Notes: generated by a model not told the origin, from the letters alone. DNA of 64,000 bases from an uncultured Nitrospiraceae bacterium (GCA_963811165.1 CAWEQH010000004.1:256001-320000); one strand, 5' to 3'; shown: positions 39,109 to 51,438, counted from the stretch's first letter. Program-made: numbers and translations.

Positions 39109-39555
39109 ATGTATAAGAGACTTGCGCTTGCCGCTATTTTTGCAATCCTCTTGACGGGGCTGTCCTATGGCTCTGCCGGCCCTATAACCCTTCCGGTCAA
39201 CTGTGAGAATGGCACGCAGTACGGGACAGGTACTTTTGATCCATTGACGGGAGCCATATCAGTAACATTTCCTTTATCGCACTGCATCAAGAATGGACTG
39301 GACATTTCAGGCCCAGTTGTTTTATCGGGGACAGTCAATTCGCAGACCGGTGCCGTTAACGTCACCATAAATTACGAGACTCTGACTATAACCGATTCGG
39401 ATATTGCGATTAATTCTCCCAGCTGCGCCCTGAACCTTAACGGGGTTTATGACATTTCTACGGGTGTCTATAACGGCAAACAGACTATTGGTTGTGTCTG
39501 GGAAGGGAGCATTACCGCAGCCCTCAACGAAGTAGTGTTTCTTCTTTTTATGTAG
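39109..39555 (+). CDS. Secreted beta-rich hypothetical protein
   Basis: AGGAGG RBS, signal peptide MYKRLALAAIFAILLTGLSYG, four Cys. Confidence 0.7.
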   Translation: MYKRLALAAIFAILLTGLSYGSAGPITLPVNCENGTQYGTGTFDPLTGAISVTFPLSHCIKNGLDISGPVVLSGTVNSQTGAVNVTINYETLTITDSDIAINSPSCALNLNGVYDISTGVYNGKQTIGCVWEGSITAALNEVVFLLFM

Positions 39556-39649
39556 TGGTCATTGAGATGCCATCTTATTCAAGTCTTTGTCAAAATCGTG
39601 ACTCAAGAGAGAGGGGAGCAAACACAGCGCAAAACACCCTATCACTTCC

Positions 39650-42600
39650 TCAGTTGAATCCGTAGTCAACCAGCTTAAACCAGACGAGTCCATCGGTCGT
39701 CGGTATATATTCAAAATCGGTCCATAGGGATGCAGCGTCCCAAAGAAGAGAAGGGATATGCACTATAAAAGTGTCCCCATACGGCACAAGAGTTGCCGGA
39801 CTGCCGCAACTTCCCTGCGAAACTTCCGCAACGTCGATGACTGAAAATACAATATTGCTGGGATAACCCTGTCCGAGCTGCAGGTCAGCCTGATAGTATG
39901 CGCCGTTCATGAAGATGACAGGGACATGTAAGCTCAATGAAGTCGATAATGTAGCTGAACAGTTATTGCTGTAAATCACCGGCTCCGACTGGATAATAGA
40001 ACTATACGCTCCTGCGGTGACAAAGGTATTGTCGCCGTATGTTACCCCATTAAGGGAGTCTATGGTCCCTGAATTCCTTAACATCCAGTCGACTCCAATG
40101 GGTGAGGTCAGTAGTGTGCCTCCGCTGCCCACAGCCACAAAGGTGTTGTTGCCGAAGGTCACCCCCTTCAACCAGGCGGCTGTCCCTGAATCAGAAAATG
40201 CCCAGCTAACTCCGTCGGACGAGATGAGAATTGTGCCGCCCATTCCAACGGCAACAAAGGCGTTGTCGCCATAAGTTACTCCCGAAAGCGAGGCAAGAGT
40301 TACCGAAGATCTCGCTGTCCAACTCACTCCGTCAAGTGAGGAAAGGATCGTTCCGCCATATCCGACGGCGACAAAGGTATTCTCCCCATACGCCACACTC
40401 GTAAGAAAGAACTTAATGCCTAAATTCGTCGAAGTCCAGTTTACCCCATCATATGAGGTGAGGATGGTTTCACCGCTCCCCACCGCAACAAAAACAGTGC
40501 CACCATAGGTCACTCCGTAGAGGGAACTGGCACCGCCCGGGTTTCCTGTGACCCAGTTAGCTCCCCCATCGGTTGAAGTAACCACTGTGCCATTGCCGCC
40601 GACAGCTACGAAGATGTTGTCATGGCAGGTTACCGCGAAAAGCGACTCCGGGGTCCCTGAATTTCCTGAAACCCAGCTTGCGCCTCCGTCTTGCGAGGTA
40701 AGGAGTGTCCCGTTGTTTCCCACAGCCACAAACCTGCTATTGCAGTAAGTTACCCCGTTGAGGGCATTAGACCCTCCAGGGCTTACTGCCGGCCAGTTCA
40801 TCCCGTCCGTAGAAGTAAGGACAGTACCGTCGCTCCCGACAGCGGCAAAGGTATTGCTGCCGTATGCTATTCCGTAAAATGACTCGGAACCTCCCGAGCT
40901 CCTTGACGTCCAGGTCACACCGTCCGGCGAACTGACAATACTCCCGTTATATCCCACGGCAACAAAGATATTATTGTTATATGCAATTGCCTCAAGAATA
41001 TCACTCGTCGGTGAAGTCGCCGACGTCCAGCTTATCCCGTCCGGTGAGCTGACAATCGTTCCGTTATATCCCACAGCAACAAAGGTATTGTTGCCATAAG
41101 TAACCCCATTGAGCTTCTGCGAAGTCCCTGAAGCTCCCGACGCCCAATTCACACCGTCTGGTGAGGTGAGGACCGTCCCATTATATCCTACAGCGACAAA
41201 GGTATTGTTGCTGTAGGACACCCCATACAGAGGATTAGGATTTCCCGAGTCTCTAGATGCCCAGTTCGCTCCGTCCGGTGACGTGAGAATAGTCCCATTG
41301 CTCCCCACCGCAACAAAGACCGCATTGCCGTATGCTGCGCCATAGAGAGATGATGGAGTACCCGAGTTCACCGAAGTCCAATTCACCCCATCATGGGAGA
41401 AAAGGACGGTCCCATTATCGCCTACAGCGACCAACGTATTGTTGCCATGGGTTACGCCCCACAGCGGCATTCCCTGCGCCGGGCTTGCTGACGTCCAGTT
41501 GACCCCGTCAGGAGAAGTGAGGATTGTCCCATAATCACCGACTGCGACGAAGGAATTATTGTAATAGGTAATACTATAAATAGGATTCAGGGTACCAGAA
41601 ATCCTTGCCGACCATGTAATTCCCTCAGGTGAGGTGAGAATCGTTCTGCCGCCTCCCACAGCGACAAAGGTATTCATGGCGTAGGTTGCCCCATACAGGA
41701 TGTTAGCCGTTCCTGAAGCCGATGATGTCCACGTAATTCCGTCATTAGAGAGTAAAATGGTTCCCCCGCTCCCCACAATTACAAAGGCGTTATTTCCAAA
41801 GGTCACCCCGTTCAGAATATTTTTTGTCCCTGATGTCCTGGGAGTCCAGTTCACTCCGTCGGCAGAAGTAATGACTGTTCCGTTATATCCGGTTGCAACA
41901 AAGATATTATTGGCATAGGTAACGCCATACAGGGGATAAGGGGTTGCCGAAGCAGCAGGAGTCCAATTTACTCCATCGGACGAAGTGACCACCGTCCCGT
42001 AATCTCCTACGGCGACAAAAGTGTTGTTCCCGAAAGTTATCGCATTAAGATAGGCCGCGGACATCGACGTCCAGTTTACTCCGTCAGGCGACGTGACAAC
42101 CGTTCCGCCGCCGCCTACGGCCACAAAGGTGTTATTGCCATAGCTTATCCCGTAAAGATAATCACCAGTGCCAGATGTCCTTTGTGTCCAGTTGACTCCA
42201 TCAGCCGAGGTGAGAATCGTCCCGCCACTACCTACAGCTACGAACATACCATTGCCGTAAGTTACCCCGTAGAGGGCGTCATTAGTGCCCGAAATCCTTT
42301 GCGTCCAGTTAGCTCCATCGGTCGAGGTAAGAATCGTCCTGTTATTACCTACCGCTACAAATACGTTATTGGCGTAAGTTACCCCGTAGAAAAGAATCCC
42401 CTTCGATATCGGATTTTGCCAGTGCCAGTGGTTAAGGGGATTAGGACTTCCCGCATTCGGGAGTGTAAAGTTAGCTATTACCGTACAATCCCCCGTTATA
42501 GGTCCAGTTGTATAGGTATTCCCGTTCAATATTCCTCCGCAACCGGTCACCGAGATTATATTGTAGCCGGCATTCGGAGTCACGACAAATGACGTGGTCT

Positions 42601-45600
42601 GATTGTAGTTTACTCTTTGTGATGTTAATGGGCTGATACTGCCATTTCCCACTACCCACGGAGTGACTGTATAGGTGTTTATTTCAAAGGTCGCGATAAC
42701 GTTACAATCTCCGATAATCGGAGCTGTTTTGTAAATAGCCCCTGTCAGGGTTCCACCGCAGGTACCGCTCATCACAGCGTGATATCCGATACCCGGTAAT
42801 ACCGTAAACTGGGTCGTGCCTCCGTAAACAACCAGCTGCGGCGTTAATGGACTGATACTTCCGTTGGCTCCGGCTGTCGGTGTAACCGTATATGTATCAA
42901 TCGCAAACGCAGCCGTTACCGAGCAGTCAGCCGTTATCGGAGCAGTCGTGTAAATGCCGCCCACTAAAGTCCCGCCACAGCCCGTAACCGTGTCTATGCG
43001 GTAGCCTATATTAGGCGTTACCGTAAACTGCGTCGTGCCTCCGTAAGTGACTGTCTGTGCAGTAGACGGGCTGATGCTTCCGTTGGCCCCGCCGTCGGAG
43101 TGACTGTGTAGGCGTTGATTGCAAACGCAGCCGTTACCGTGCAATCAGCCGTTATCGCACCGGTAGTGTAAGTATTACCAGTAAGTGTCCCCCCGCATCC
43201 ACTGACCGTGTCTATGTGATAGCCTATATCAGGGGTCACCGTAAAGGTCGTGGTGGCATTGTAGTTGACCGTCTGGGGAATGTTTGGTGCTATAGTCCCG
43301 TTGGCCCCTGCCGTCGGAGTGACTGTGTAGGTGTTGATCGCAAACGTAGCCGTTACCGTGCAATCAGCCGTTATCGCACCGGTCGTGTAAGTATTACCAG
43401 CAAGTGTCCCCCCGCATCCACTGACCGTGTCTATGTGATAGCCCATATCAGGGGTCACCGTAAAGGTCGTATCTTTGCCGTGATAGACTGATTGCGCTGT
43501 GCCAGGCGCGATGCTGCCGTTTGGACCCGCCGTTGGGGTTACTGTATACGATACAAGCGCATAAGGAGGAAACGTGATATTGTCCAGCCAACCAGTATCG
43601 CTCCCTCCAGCTCCCGTTGCGTCCTTCGTGTATTCCCACCTGAAGGTGTGAAGGCCAACAGTCACAGGGAAGCTTGCATAGGCCCAGTCTACCTCGCCCG
43701 ATACACGCCCCTGCTCAACCGCGTCTATTGTAAAGGTCAGATAGTCTCCGGCATCGGAAGAGACCTTGTACCAGAAATAGATATTGTCTCCCGTTGTCAC
43801 GTTCACTGTGACCTCAAGGAAGCTTGTCTGATTGTCTAACAGCAGCGGCGATGCCGCCGCATATGTGCCGTCATGCTTTACCACGTTCTGCACACCCCAG
43901 AGACCATCGCCACCCGTTATCCACGGCAGCTTGCTCAAATCCCCGGTCTCAAAGTCTTCATCCGCAGGCCTTACCGCATACGTCACGGCGATCGTGTGGT
44001 CAGCGGTCACGTTGTCAAAAGTGTAGCTGCCATTGGTGAGCGCCGCAGGTGAGCCGTCTACCGTCACCGTATCCACCACATACCCGGCCGCTGGTATCGC
44101 CGTACAGGTCGAACTCCCTCCGTAATCTACAGGGTCCGGTATGCACGAGAGGCTGCCGTTAGCTCCTGCTGTGGCCGTGATCGTAAACGTATCAATCGCA
44201 AACGCAGCCGTTACTGAGCAGTCAGCCGTTATCGGAGCAGTCGTGTAAATGCCTCCCACTAAAGTCCCGCCACAGCCCGTAACCGTGGCATGATAGCCGA
44301 TGCCCGGCGTTACCGTAAACTGCGTCGTGCCTCCGTAAGTGACTGTCTGTGCAGTAGACGGGCTGATGCTTCCGTTGGCATCCGCCGTCGGAGTGACTGT
44401 GTAGGCGTTGATTGCAAACGCAGCCGTTACCGTGCAATCAGCCGTTATCGCACCGGTAGTGTAAGTATTATCAGTAAGTGTCCCCCCGCATCCACTGACC
44501 GTGTCTATGTGATAGCCTATATCAGGGGTCACCGTAAAGGTCGTGGTGGCATTGTAGTTGACCGTCTGGGGAATGTTTGGTGTTATGGTCCCGTTGGCCC
44601 CTGCCGTCGGAGTGACTGTGTAGGCGTTGATTGCAAACGTAGCCGTTACGGTGCAATCAGCCGTTATCGCACCGGTCGTGTAAGTATTACCAGTAAGTGT
44701 CCCCCCGCATCCACTGACCGTGTCTATGTGATAGCCCATATCAGGGGTCACCGTAAAGGTCGTATCTTTGCCGTGATAGACTGATTGCGCTGTGCCAGGC
44801 GCGATGCTGCCGTTTGGACCCGCCGTTGGGGTTACTGTATACGATACAAGCGCATAAGGAGGAAACGTGATATTGTCCAGCCAACCAGTATCGCTCCCTC
44901 CAGCTCCCGCTGCGTCCTTCGTGTATTCCCACCTGAAGGTGTGAAGGCCAACAGTCACAGGGAAGCTTGCATAGGCCCAGTCTACCTCGCCCGATACACG
45001 CCCCTGCTCAACCGCGTCTATTGTAAAGGTCAGATAGTCTCCGGCATCGGAAGAGACCTTGTACCAGAAATAGATATTGTCTCCCGTTGTCACGTTCACT
45101 GTGACCTCGATGAAGCTTGTCTGATTGTCTAACAGCAGGGGCGATGCCGCCGCATATGTGCCGTCATGCTTTACCACGTTCTGCACACCCCAGAGACCAT
45201 CGCCACCCGTTATCCACGGCAGCTTGCTCAAATCCCCGGTCTCAAAGTCTTCATCCGCAGGCCTTACCGCATACGTCACGGCGATCGTGTGGTCAGCGGT
45301 CACGTTGTCAAAAGTGTAGCTGCCATTGGTGAGCGCCGCAGGTGAGCCGTCTACCGTCACCGTATCCACCACATACCCGGCCGCTGGTATCGCCGTACAG
45401 GTCGAACTCCCTCCGTAATCTACAGGGTCCGGTATGCACGAGAGGCTGCCGTTAGCTCCTGCTGTGGCCGTGATCGTAAACGTATCAATCGCAAACGCAG
45501 CCGTTACCGAGCAGTCAGCCGTTATCGGAGCAGTCGTGTAAATGCCGCCCACTAAAGTCCCGCCACAGCCCGTAACCGTGGCATGATAGCCGATGCCCGG

Positions 45601-47562
45601 CGTTACCGTAAACTGCGTCGTGCCTCCGTAAGTGACTGTCTGTGCAGTAGACGGGCTGATGCTTCCGTTGGCATCCGCCGTCGGAGTGACTGTGTAGGCG
45701 TTGATTGCAAACGCAGCCGTTACCGTGCAATCAGCCGTTATCGCACCGGTAGTGTAAGTATTATCAGTAAGTGTCCCCCCGCATCCACTGACCGTGTCTA
45801 TGTGATAGCCTATATCAGGGGTCACCGTAAAGGTCGTGGTGGCATTGTAGTTGACCGTCTGGGGAATGTTTGGTGCTATAGTCCCGTTGGCCCCTGCCGT
45901 CGGAGTGACTGTGTAGGCGTTGATTGCAAACGTAGCCGTTACCGTGCAATCAGCCGTTATCGCACCGGTCGTGTAAGTATTACCAGTAAGTGTCCCCCCG
46001 CATCCACTGACCGTGTCTATGTGATAGCCCATATCAGGGGTCACCGTAAAGGTCGTATCTTTGCCGTGATAGACTGATTGCGCTGTGCCAGGCGCGATGC
46101 TGCCGTTTGGACCCGCCGTTGGGGTTACTGTATACGATACAAGCGCATAAGGAGGAAACGTGATATTGTCCAGCCAGCCAGTATCGCTCCCTCCAGCTCC
46201 CGCTGCGTCCTTCGTGTATTCCCACCTGAAGGTGTGAAGGCCAACAGTCACAGGGAAGCTTGCATAGGCCCAGTCTACCTCGCCCGATACACGCCCCTGC
46301 TCAACCGCGTCTATTGTAAAGGTCAGATAGTCTCCGGCATCGGAAGAGACCTTGTACCAGAAATAGATATTGTCTCCCGTTGTCACGTTCACTGTGACCT
46401 CAAGGAAGCTTGTCTGATTGTCTAACAGCAGCGGCGATGCCGCCGCATATGTGCCGTCATGCTTTACCACGTTCTGCACACCCCAGAGACCATCGCCACC
46501 CGTTATCCACGGCAGCTTGCTCAAATCCCCGGTCTCAAAGTCTTCATCCGCAGGCCTTACCGCATACGTCACGGCGATCGTGTGGTCAGCGGTCACGTTG
46601 TCAAAAGTGTAGCTGCCATTGGTGAGCGCCGCAGGTGAGCCGTCTACCGTCACCGTATCCACCACATACCCGGCCGCTGGTATCGCCGTACAGGTCGAAC
46701 TCCCTCCGTAATCTACAGGGTCCGGTATGCACGAGAGGCTGCCGTTAGCTCCTGCTGTGGCCGTGATCGTAAACGTATCAATCGCAAACGCAGCCGTTAC
46801 CGAGCAGTCAGCCGTTATCGGAGCAGTCGTGTAAATGCCTCCCACTAAAGTCCCGCCACAGCCCGTAACCGTGGCATGATAGCCGATGCCCGGCGTTACC
46901 GTAAACTGCGTCGTGCCTCCGTAAGTGACTGTCTGTGCAGTAGACGGGCTGATGCTTCCGTTGGCATCCGCCGTCGGAGTGACTGTGTAGGCGTTGATTG
47001 CAAAGATGACTGATACGATACAATCGGTAGTTATCGCATCTGTTGTAAATATGTCACCCGCTAAACTGCCCCCGCATGTGCTCGTTGTTGAGGCTATATG
47101 ATAACCGATATCCGGCGTTACCGTAAGCGATGCAGTCCCGCTATAATTGACCACCTGAGTAGAAGGCGAGACAGTCCCGCCCGCCCCGTTTATCGCAGTG
47201 ACTGCGTACGTGTTGATCGCAAACGTAGCCGTTACGTCAAATACTGTATTGCTACCCGATAAGATGCAATTACCTGTTCCCGTACAAGCTCCCGACCATC
47301 CGACAAAGCTTGATGACACGTCAGGCGTGGCTGTGAGAGTTATATCGGTGAGATCAGGGAAAGATGGGGAGGAGCACGTATTTCCACAATCGATACCTGC
47401 CGGTGAACTCGTCACTGCTCCAGTCCCGGAACCCGTTTTAACGACATTTATTGTATTAGCTGATTCAGCAATTGAGGGAAGAGTCCCAAAAATGATGGCA
47501 AGGCAGAAAAGAAGTAATGCGATTGTTCCTGTGTTAAGAGTCCTAAGGGATTTCACATACAT
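39650..47562 (-). CDS. Giant surface/adhesin-like protein (about 2637 aa if repaired), split by a 1-nt deletion at 43090/43091
   Basis: Signal peptide, many ~70-aa InlB-B-repeat-like domains, three jelly-roll-like domains, 21 Asp-box blades; GGCCCCGCCGTC at the break vs GGCCCCTGCCGTC in sister repeats. Confidence 0.85.
39985..42410 (-). repeat. 21 diverged ~39-aa Asp-box (BNR-like) beta-propeller blades
   Basis: Consensus LYGVTYGNNTFVAVGxxGTILTSxDGVNWT counted 20 times plus a terminal partial blade. Confidence 0.9.
42880..47003 (-). repeat. Three near-identical 1293-bp (431-aa) tandem units plus a partial fourth
   Basis: Identical shadow ORFs recur at 43448/44741/46034 and 44222/45515/46808; only a few substitutions between units. 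Confidence 0.95.
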
Positions 47563-48088
47563 ACTCCGGGGAAATTTTGGTTGATTGCGCGGTTTGCAAA
47601 TGTCACAGCTACCTCGATATATATAACATTCTTTAAAAAAGGATCACAGCGTATTAGTATATTATAATGTCTCCATAATAAAAGCAAATTATGCGCCTAC
47701 CTGGGCATGTATTTCACCATTACTAAAGTAAACCATATGTAATTAGCACCAAGAAAGGATTTGCCAGGATAACGTAAAATATTTTTTGCAAAACCAGGGC
47801 GTGACTATCAACGAGATCCACAACGTCTACAAGCTGCCACCGCCGCTGGACCGTTAGCGAGATAGCGGATGCGTGAAGATCCGTTATGATACAGGGTAAA
47901 CTCCTCAGTTATTGCAGACACATCAAGAAGGATCTCTACAGGATTCTCCTGCACAACGAAAGACGTGTTCCACAGATAATAATTATCAAGTCCCCGCTGA
48001 GTCACCGGAAGATAGAAGCTATATGATCCATTAGGAACAGATAAGGCAGTGTCCGATATTACCCTCGGGTTCATAAAAATTCCGCTGT

Positions 48089-48130
48089 ATGATCTGTATC
48101 ATGGTAGGCCTAAAGCTATAACTTTATACT
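48089..48130 (+). promoter_or_regulatory. CRP/FNR-family (HcpR-like) box and -10 element of hcp
   Basis: Palindrome ATGA-TCTGTA-TCAT (48089-48102) centred about -41.5 relative to the start predicted from TATACT (48125-48130). Confidence 0.6.
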
Positions 48131-48190
48131 TAATCCAGGTCATGGATTGACTGAATCTTAAATATAAATATCACATTCAGGAGGTTACAA

Positions 48191-49858
48191 ATGTTTTGTT
48201 ATCAGTGTGAGCAGGCATCAAACGGTAAGGCGTGCACCAAGATCGGCGTATGCGGCAAGGACCCTGGGTTATCGGCGCTTCAGGACCTTTTAATCTATTC
48301 TCTCAAGGGGCTTTCACTACAGGCGGTTGAAGCAAGAAAGGCCGGTATCGTGGACCGGGACCTGAACATATTCACTGCCAAGGCGCTCTTTTCAACGCTT
48401 ACGAATGTGGATTTCGACCCAAAGCGGTTCGTAGCGCTCATCCAAAAGAGCACAGAGTTCCGTGACAGCCTAAAGGCAAAGGTCAAGGCGGCGGGAGGAA
48501 AAACAGACTTCGCTCACGGGAGTGCCTCTTTTAAGCCCGAGACCACTGTCGAAGGCCTTGCGAAACAGGGCAGGGAGGTTGTGGAGCGGGTATCTGGCGT
48601 CCTGATCGACCCCGACATACAGTCGCTCCAGGATATTCTCCTTTTCGGATTGAAGGGCGTTGCGGCTTATGCCGACCATGCCCAGATCCTCGGTAAAACA
48701 GACGACTCCGTATTTGCGTTTATGCACGAAGCGCTGGCGGCCACCACCAGAACAGACCTGGGGTTGAACGACTGGGTAGCTCTTGTGCTGAAATGCGGAG
48801 AGGTCAACCTTAAGACCATGGAGATCCTCGACGCCGGCAATACAGGCGCCTACGGACATCCCGTTCCGACGAAGGTTCCCCTTGGGGCAAAGGCGGGCAA
48901 GGCGATCCTCGTCTCCGGCCATGACCTCAAGGACCTTGAGACGATTCTGAAGCAGAGCGAGGGCAAGGGAATCAACGTCTATACCCATGGCGAGATGCTG
49001 CCGGCCCATGGATATCCCGGCCTGAAAAAATATCCGCACTTCTTCGGTCACTACGGCACGGCCTGGCAGAACCAGCACAAGGAGTTTGCGCATTTCCCCG
49101 GTGCCATCGTAATGACGACCAACTGCATCCAGAAGCCGCTGGCCTCTTACAAGGACAATCTCTTCACCTGCGGCCTGGTGGGCTGGCCGGACGTGGAGCA
49201 TATATCGTCCGGCGATTTTACGCCGGTCATCGAAAAAGCCCTGGCCCTGCCGGGATTCACCAAGGATGAGCCCGGCAAGGAAGTCATGGCGGGCTTCGCG
49301 CGAAATGCCGTGCTCGGCGTTGCAGACAAGGTGATCGCGGCAGTGAAGAACAAGCAGATCCGCCACTTTTTCCTTGTCGGCGGTTGCGACGGGGCAAAGA
49401 CGGGAAGAAACTACTACACAAAATTTGTTGAAATGGCCCCGAAGGACACGGTCATCCTCACTCTTGCCTGCGGAAAGTTCCGGTTCTTTGACAAGGAGCT
49501 GGGGGACATCGGGGGCATCCCGAGACTGCTCGACATCGGCCAGTGCAACGATGCATACTCGGCTGTCCAGATTGCGGTTGCCCTCTCGAAGGCCTTTAAT
49601 GTGGGGGTGAATGAACTGCCGCTTTCGCTGATTCTTTCGTGGTATGAGCAGAAGGCGGTAGCGATTCTCCTCTCTCTGCTTTATCTTGGCATAAAGGATA
49701 TTCGTCTCGGGCCGACGCTTCCGGCGTTCATCACGCCGAACGTGCTGGATGTGCTGGTAAAAAACTTCGATATCAAGCCAATTGCTGCCACGCCTGAAGA
49801 AGACCTCAGGACAATACTCGGCGAAGACTGCTGTCAGGATATTACGGCTGTTGCCTAG
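48191..49858 (+). CDS. hcp: Hybrid cluster protein (hydroxylamine/NO reductase)
   Basis: MFCYQCEQ...C...GVCGK, SGHDLKDL, YTHGEMLPAH, TTNC, GGCDG, GQCNDAYS, LSWYEQKA. Confidence 0.97.
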   Translation: MFCYQCEQASNGKACTKIGVCGKDPGLSALQDLLIYSLKGLSLQAVEARKAGIVDRDLNIFTAKALFSTLTNVDFDPKRFVALIQKSTEFRDSLKAKVKAAGGKTDFAHGSASFKPETTVEGLAKQGREVVERVSGVLIDPDIQSLQDILLFGLKGVAAYADHAQILGKTDDSVFAFMHEALAATTRTDLGLNDWVALVLKCGEVNLKTMEILDAGNTGAYGHPVPTKVPLGAKAGKAILVSGHDLKDLETILKQSEGKGINVYTHGEMLPAHGYPGLKKYPHFFGHYGTAWQNQHKEFAHFPGAIVMTTNCIQKPLASYKDNLFTCGLVGWPDVEHISSGDFTPVIEKALALPGFTKDEPGKEVMAGFARNAVLGVADKVIAAVKNKQIRHFFLVGGCDGAKTGRNYYTKFVEMAPKDTVILTLACGKFRFFDKELGDIGGIPRLLDIGQCNDAYSAVQIAVALSKAFNVGVNELPLSLILSWYEQKAVAILLSLLYLGIKDIRLGPTLPAFITPNVLDVLVKNFDIKPIAATPEEDLRTILGEDCCQDITAVA

Positions 49859-49884
49859 CTGTATAAAATAAACCATAAGTGAAC

Positions 49885-49920
49885 GAAAGAGGTCAGGGCT
49901 GCCTGACCTCTTTCATTTTT
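49885..49920 (+). terminator. Rho-independent terminator after hcp
   Basis: GAAAGAGGTCAGG-GCTG-CCTGACCTCTTTC followed by ATTTTT. Confidence 0.85.
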
Positions 49921-50147
49921 AAGCGGCAATATATTGCACGCTTCCCCTGGGACAAACGGGCGGGCTATGCCGGAGATCGTGAGTTTCGGTCTATCCGTAC
50001 TAAGCTTGCGACAGTTGAAACCTTTACGGTAATTATCAATCCATACGAACTTCCCGAATTCTCTGCGGAGGACCATATGCCTCTGAGGTCTATTTTTGGC
50101 TCGGACAGGGACTTGAGCTTAGCAAGCTGCCCTGCTACACTTATATT

Positions 50148-51308
50148 GTGAAATATAAGGCGCTTATTGCCCCGCACCAAAGTCTGCAGCTCTTAACGGA
50201 TAATTTGAAGCTTACAGAGAATGATCTCCGTGTTCTGCGGAGTCATCGGGATTTCTTTATAGGTAAGAAGGGCGAATTTGCCGAGTTCTTCTATGAATTC
50301 TTCTACGAGATGCCGGAGACCCGCATAATACTCGAACGTTTCGGAAAGCCCGATGTAATGAAGCTCACCTGGGCTGGGTGGTTCGAAAGGCTTTTCCGGG
50401 AAAACCTGGACGTAAACTTTACGAACTATCTTTGGCGCATAGGATTAAGGCATGTAGAGATAAACCTCGATCAGCGGTTCACGAGCCTGGGCTTTTCCCT
50501 TGTGAGGAGATTTTGTCATGACATAGCAGTCGAGGCATTCACTCCTCAGGCGGCCGTCGAAATTTTACCCGTAGTGAACAAGCTTGTGGATTCCTGCATT
50601 CTTGTGGAAACCAGTGCTTACATCGATGCCACAGTTCGCTGCGATGTGGAAATCCTCAAGGGGATAGCCGATAAGATCCGAAATCCTGTGACCATAATAG
50701 GGGGCAACCTCAGAAGGCTTCAACGACATACGGACCCGAAAGATACCCTGTATCATGACTACGAATTTCTCATATCCTCCGCCGGCCGCTGCGAAGACAT
50801 GATAGAAGACATAAACACGTATGTGGAGATGTTTCAGCGGGAGGCAACCATGGAGCAATGCTTGCTCGAAACGGTCATAGAAAATATGCTCGAAAAACTC
50901 TCTGTGCGGAAGAAACTGGAAGGGGTAAAAGTAGAAGTTCTTTTGAGCCCCGATGCCCGCTTCGTCTGGGGTGACCCGGTGGATCTTCGCCATCTCTTCT
51001 ACCACATAATTGAAAACAGCGCAGAGGCAGCCCATGCTGCAAATAATCCTTATGTGCGAATAAGCTCTTTCTTGCAAAAAATGCCCAGACACACCGTACG
51101 GGTTGAGGTGTTCAATAATGGCGAGGCCATAAATCTGACAAATATTTCAGACATTTTCTCGCCTTTTTATTCCACAAAACCCAAGGGCTCGGGACTGGGG
51201 CTTTCGATAGCAAGACTTGCCCTGCGCAAGAACTTCGGCGAGATAGATTTCGAGCCTATCCCTCAGGAAGGGACAAAGGTTTTCCTGACGCTTGAAAAGG
51301 CAGAGTAA
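50148..51308 (+). CDS. Protoglobin-domain (globin-coupled) histidine kinase-like protein lacking the phospho-His
   Basis: FAEFFYE, WRIGLRHVEINL globin-sensor motifs; H-box reads GIADKIRNP; FSPFYSTK..GSGLGL. Confidence 0.85.
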   Translation: MKYKALIAPHQSLQLLTDNLKLTENDLRVLRSHRDFFIGKKGEFAEFFYEFFYEMPETRIILERFGKPDVMKLTWAGWFERLFRENLDVNFTNYLWRIGLRHVEINLDQRFTSLGFSLVRRFCHDIAVEAFTPQAAVEILPVVNKLVDSCILVETSAYIDATVRCDVEILKGIADKIRNPVTIIGGNLRRLQRHTDPKDTLYHDYEFLISSAGRCEDMIEDINTYVEMFQREATMEQCLLETVIENMLEKLSVRKKLEGVKVEVLLSPDARFVWGDPVDLRHLFYHIIENSAEAAHAANNPYVRISSFLQKMPRHTVRVEVFNNGEAINLTNISDIFSPFYSTKPKGSGLGLSIARLALRKNFGEIDFEPIPQEGTKVFLTLEKAE

Positions 51309-51438
51309 CTTCCATGGGCATTTGCGTTGTGGTGCCGTCATTGCTTCCTCTTCTAAGTCCCTGCAATGATGAATGGATAAAGAATCCGCCGTATAGGGTA
51401 AAGAGAGAAAGTTTTCCGGTTGAAAGGAGGCATGACGG

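Noticed and set aside
42880..47003. Long repeats as a CRISPR array, mobile element or diversity-generating retroelement
   Set aside because: Repeats are in-frame 1293-bp coding units with no spacers, no cas, transposase or reverse transcriptase, and no adenine-specific variation pattern.
47808..48074. 88-aa minus-strand ORF between the surface protein and hcp
   Set aside because: No clear RBS or motif; may be a gene remnant but cannot be supported.
48470..49876. 468-aa ORF antisense to hcp
   Set aside because: Shadow of a strongly conserved gene; no recognisable motifs.
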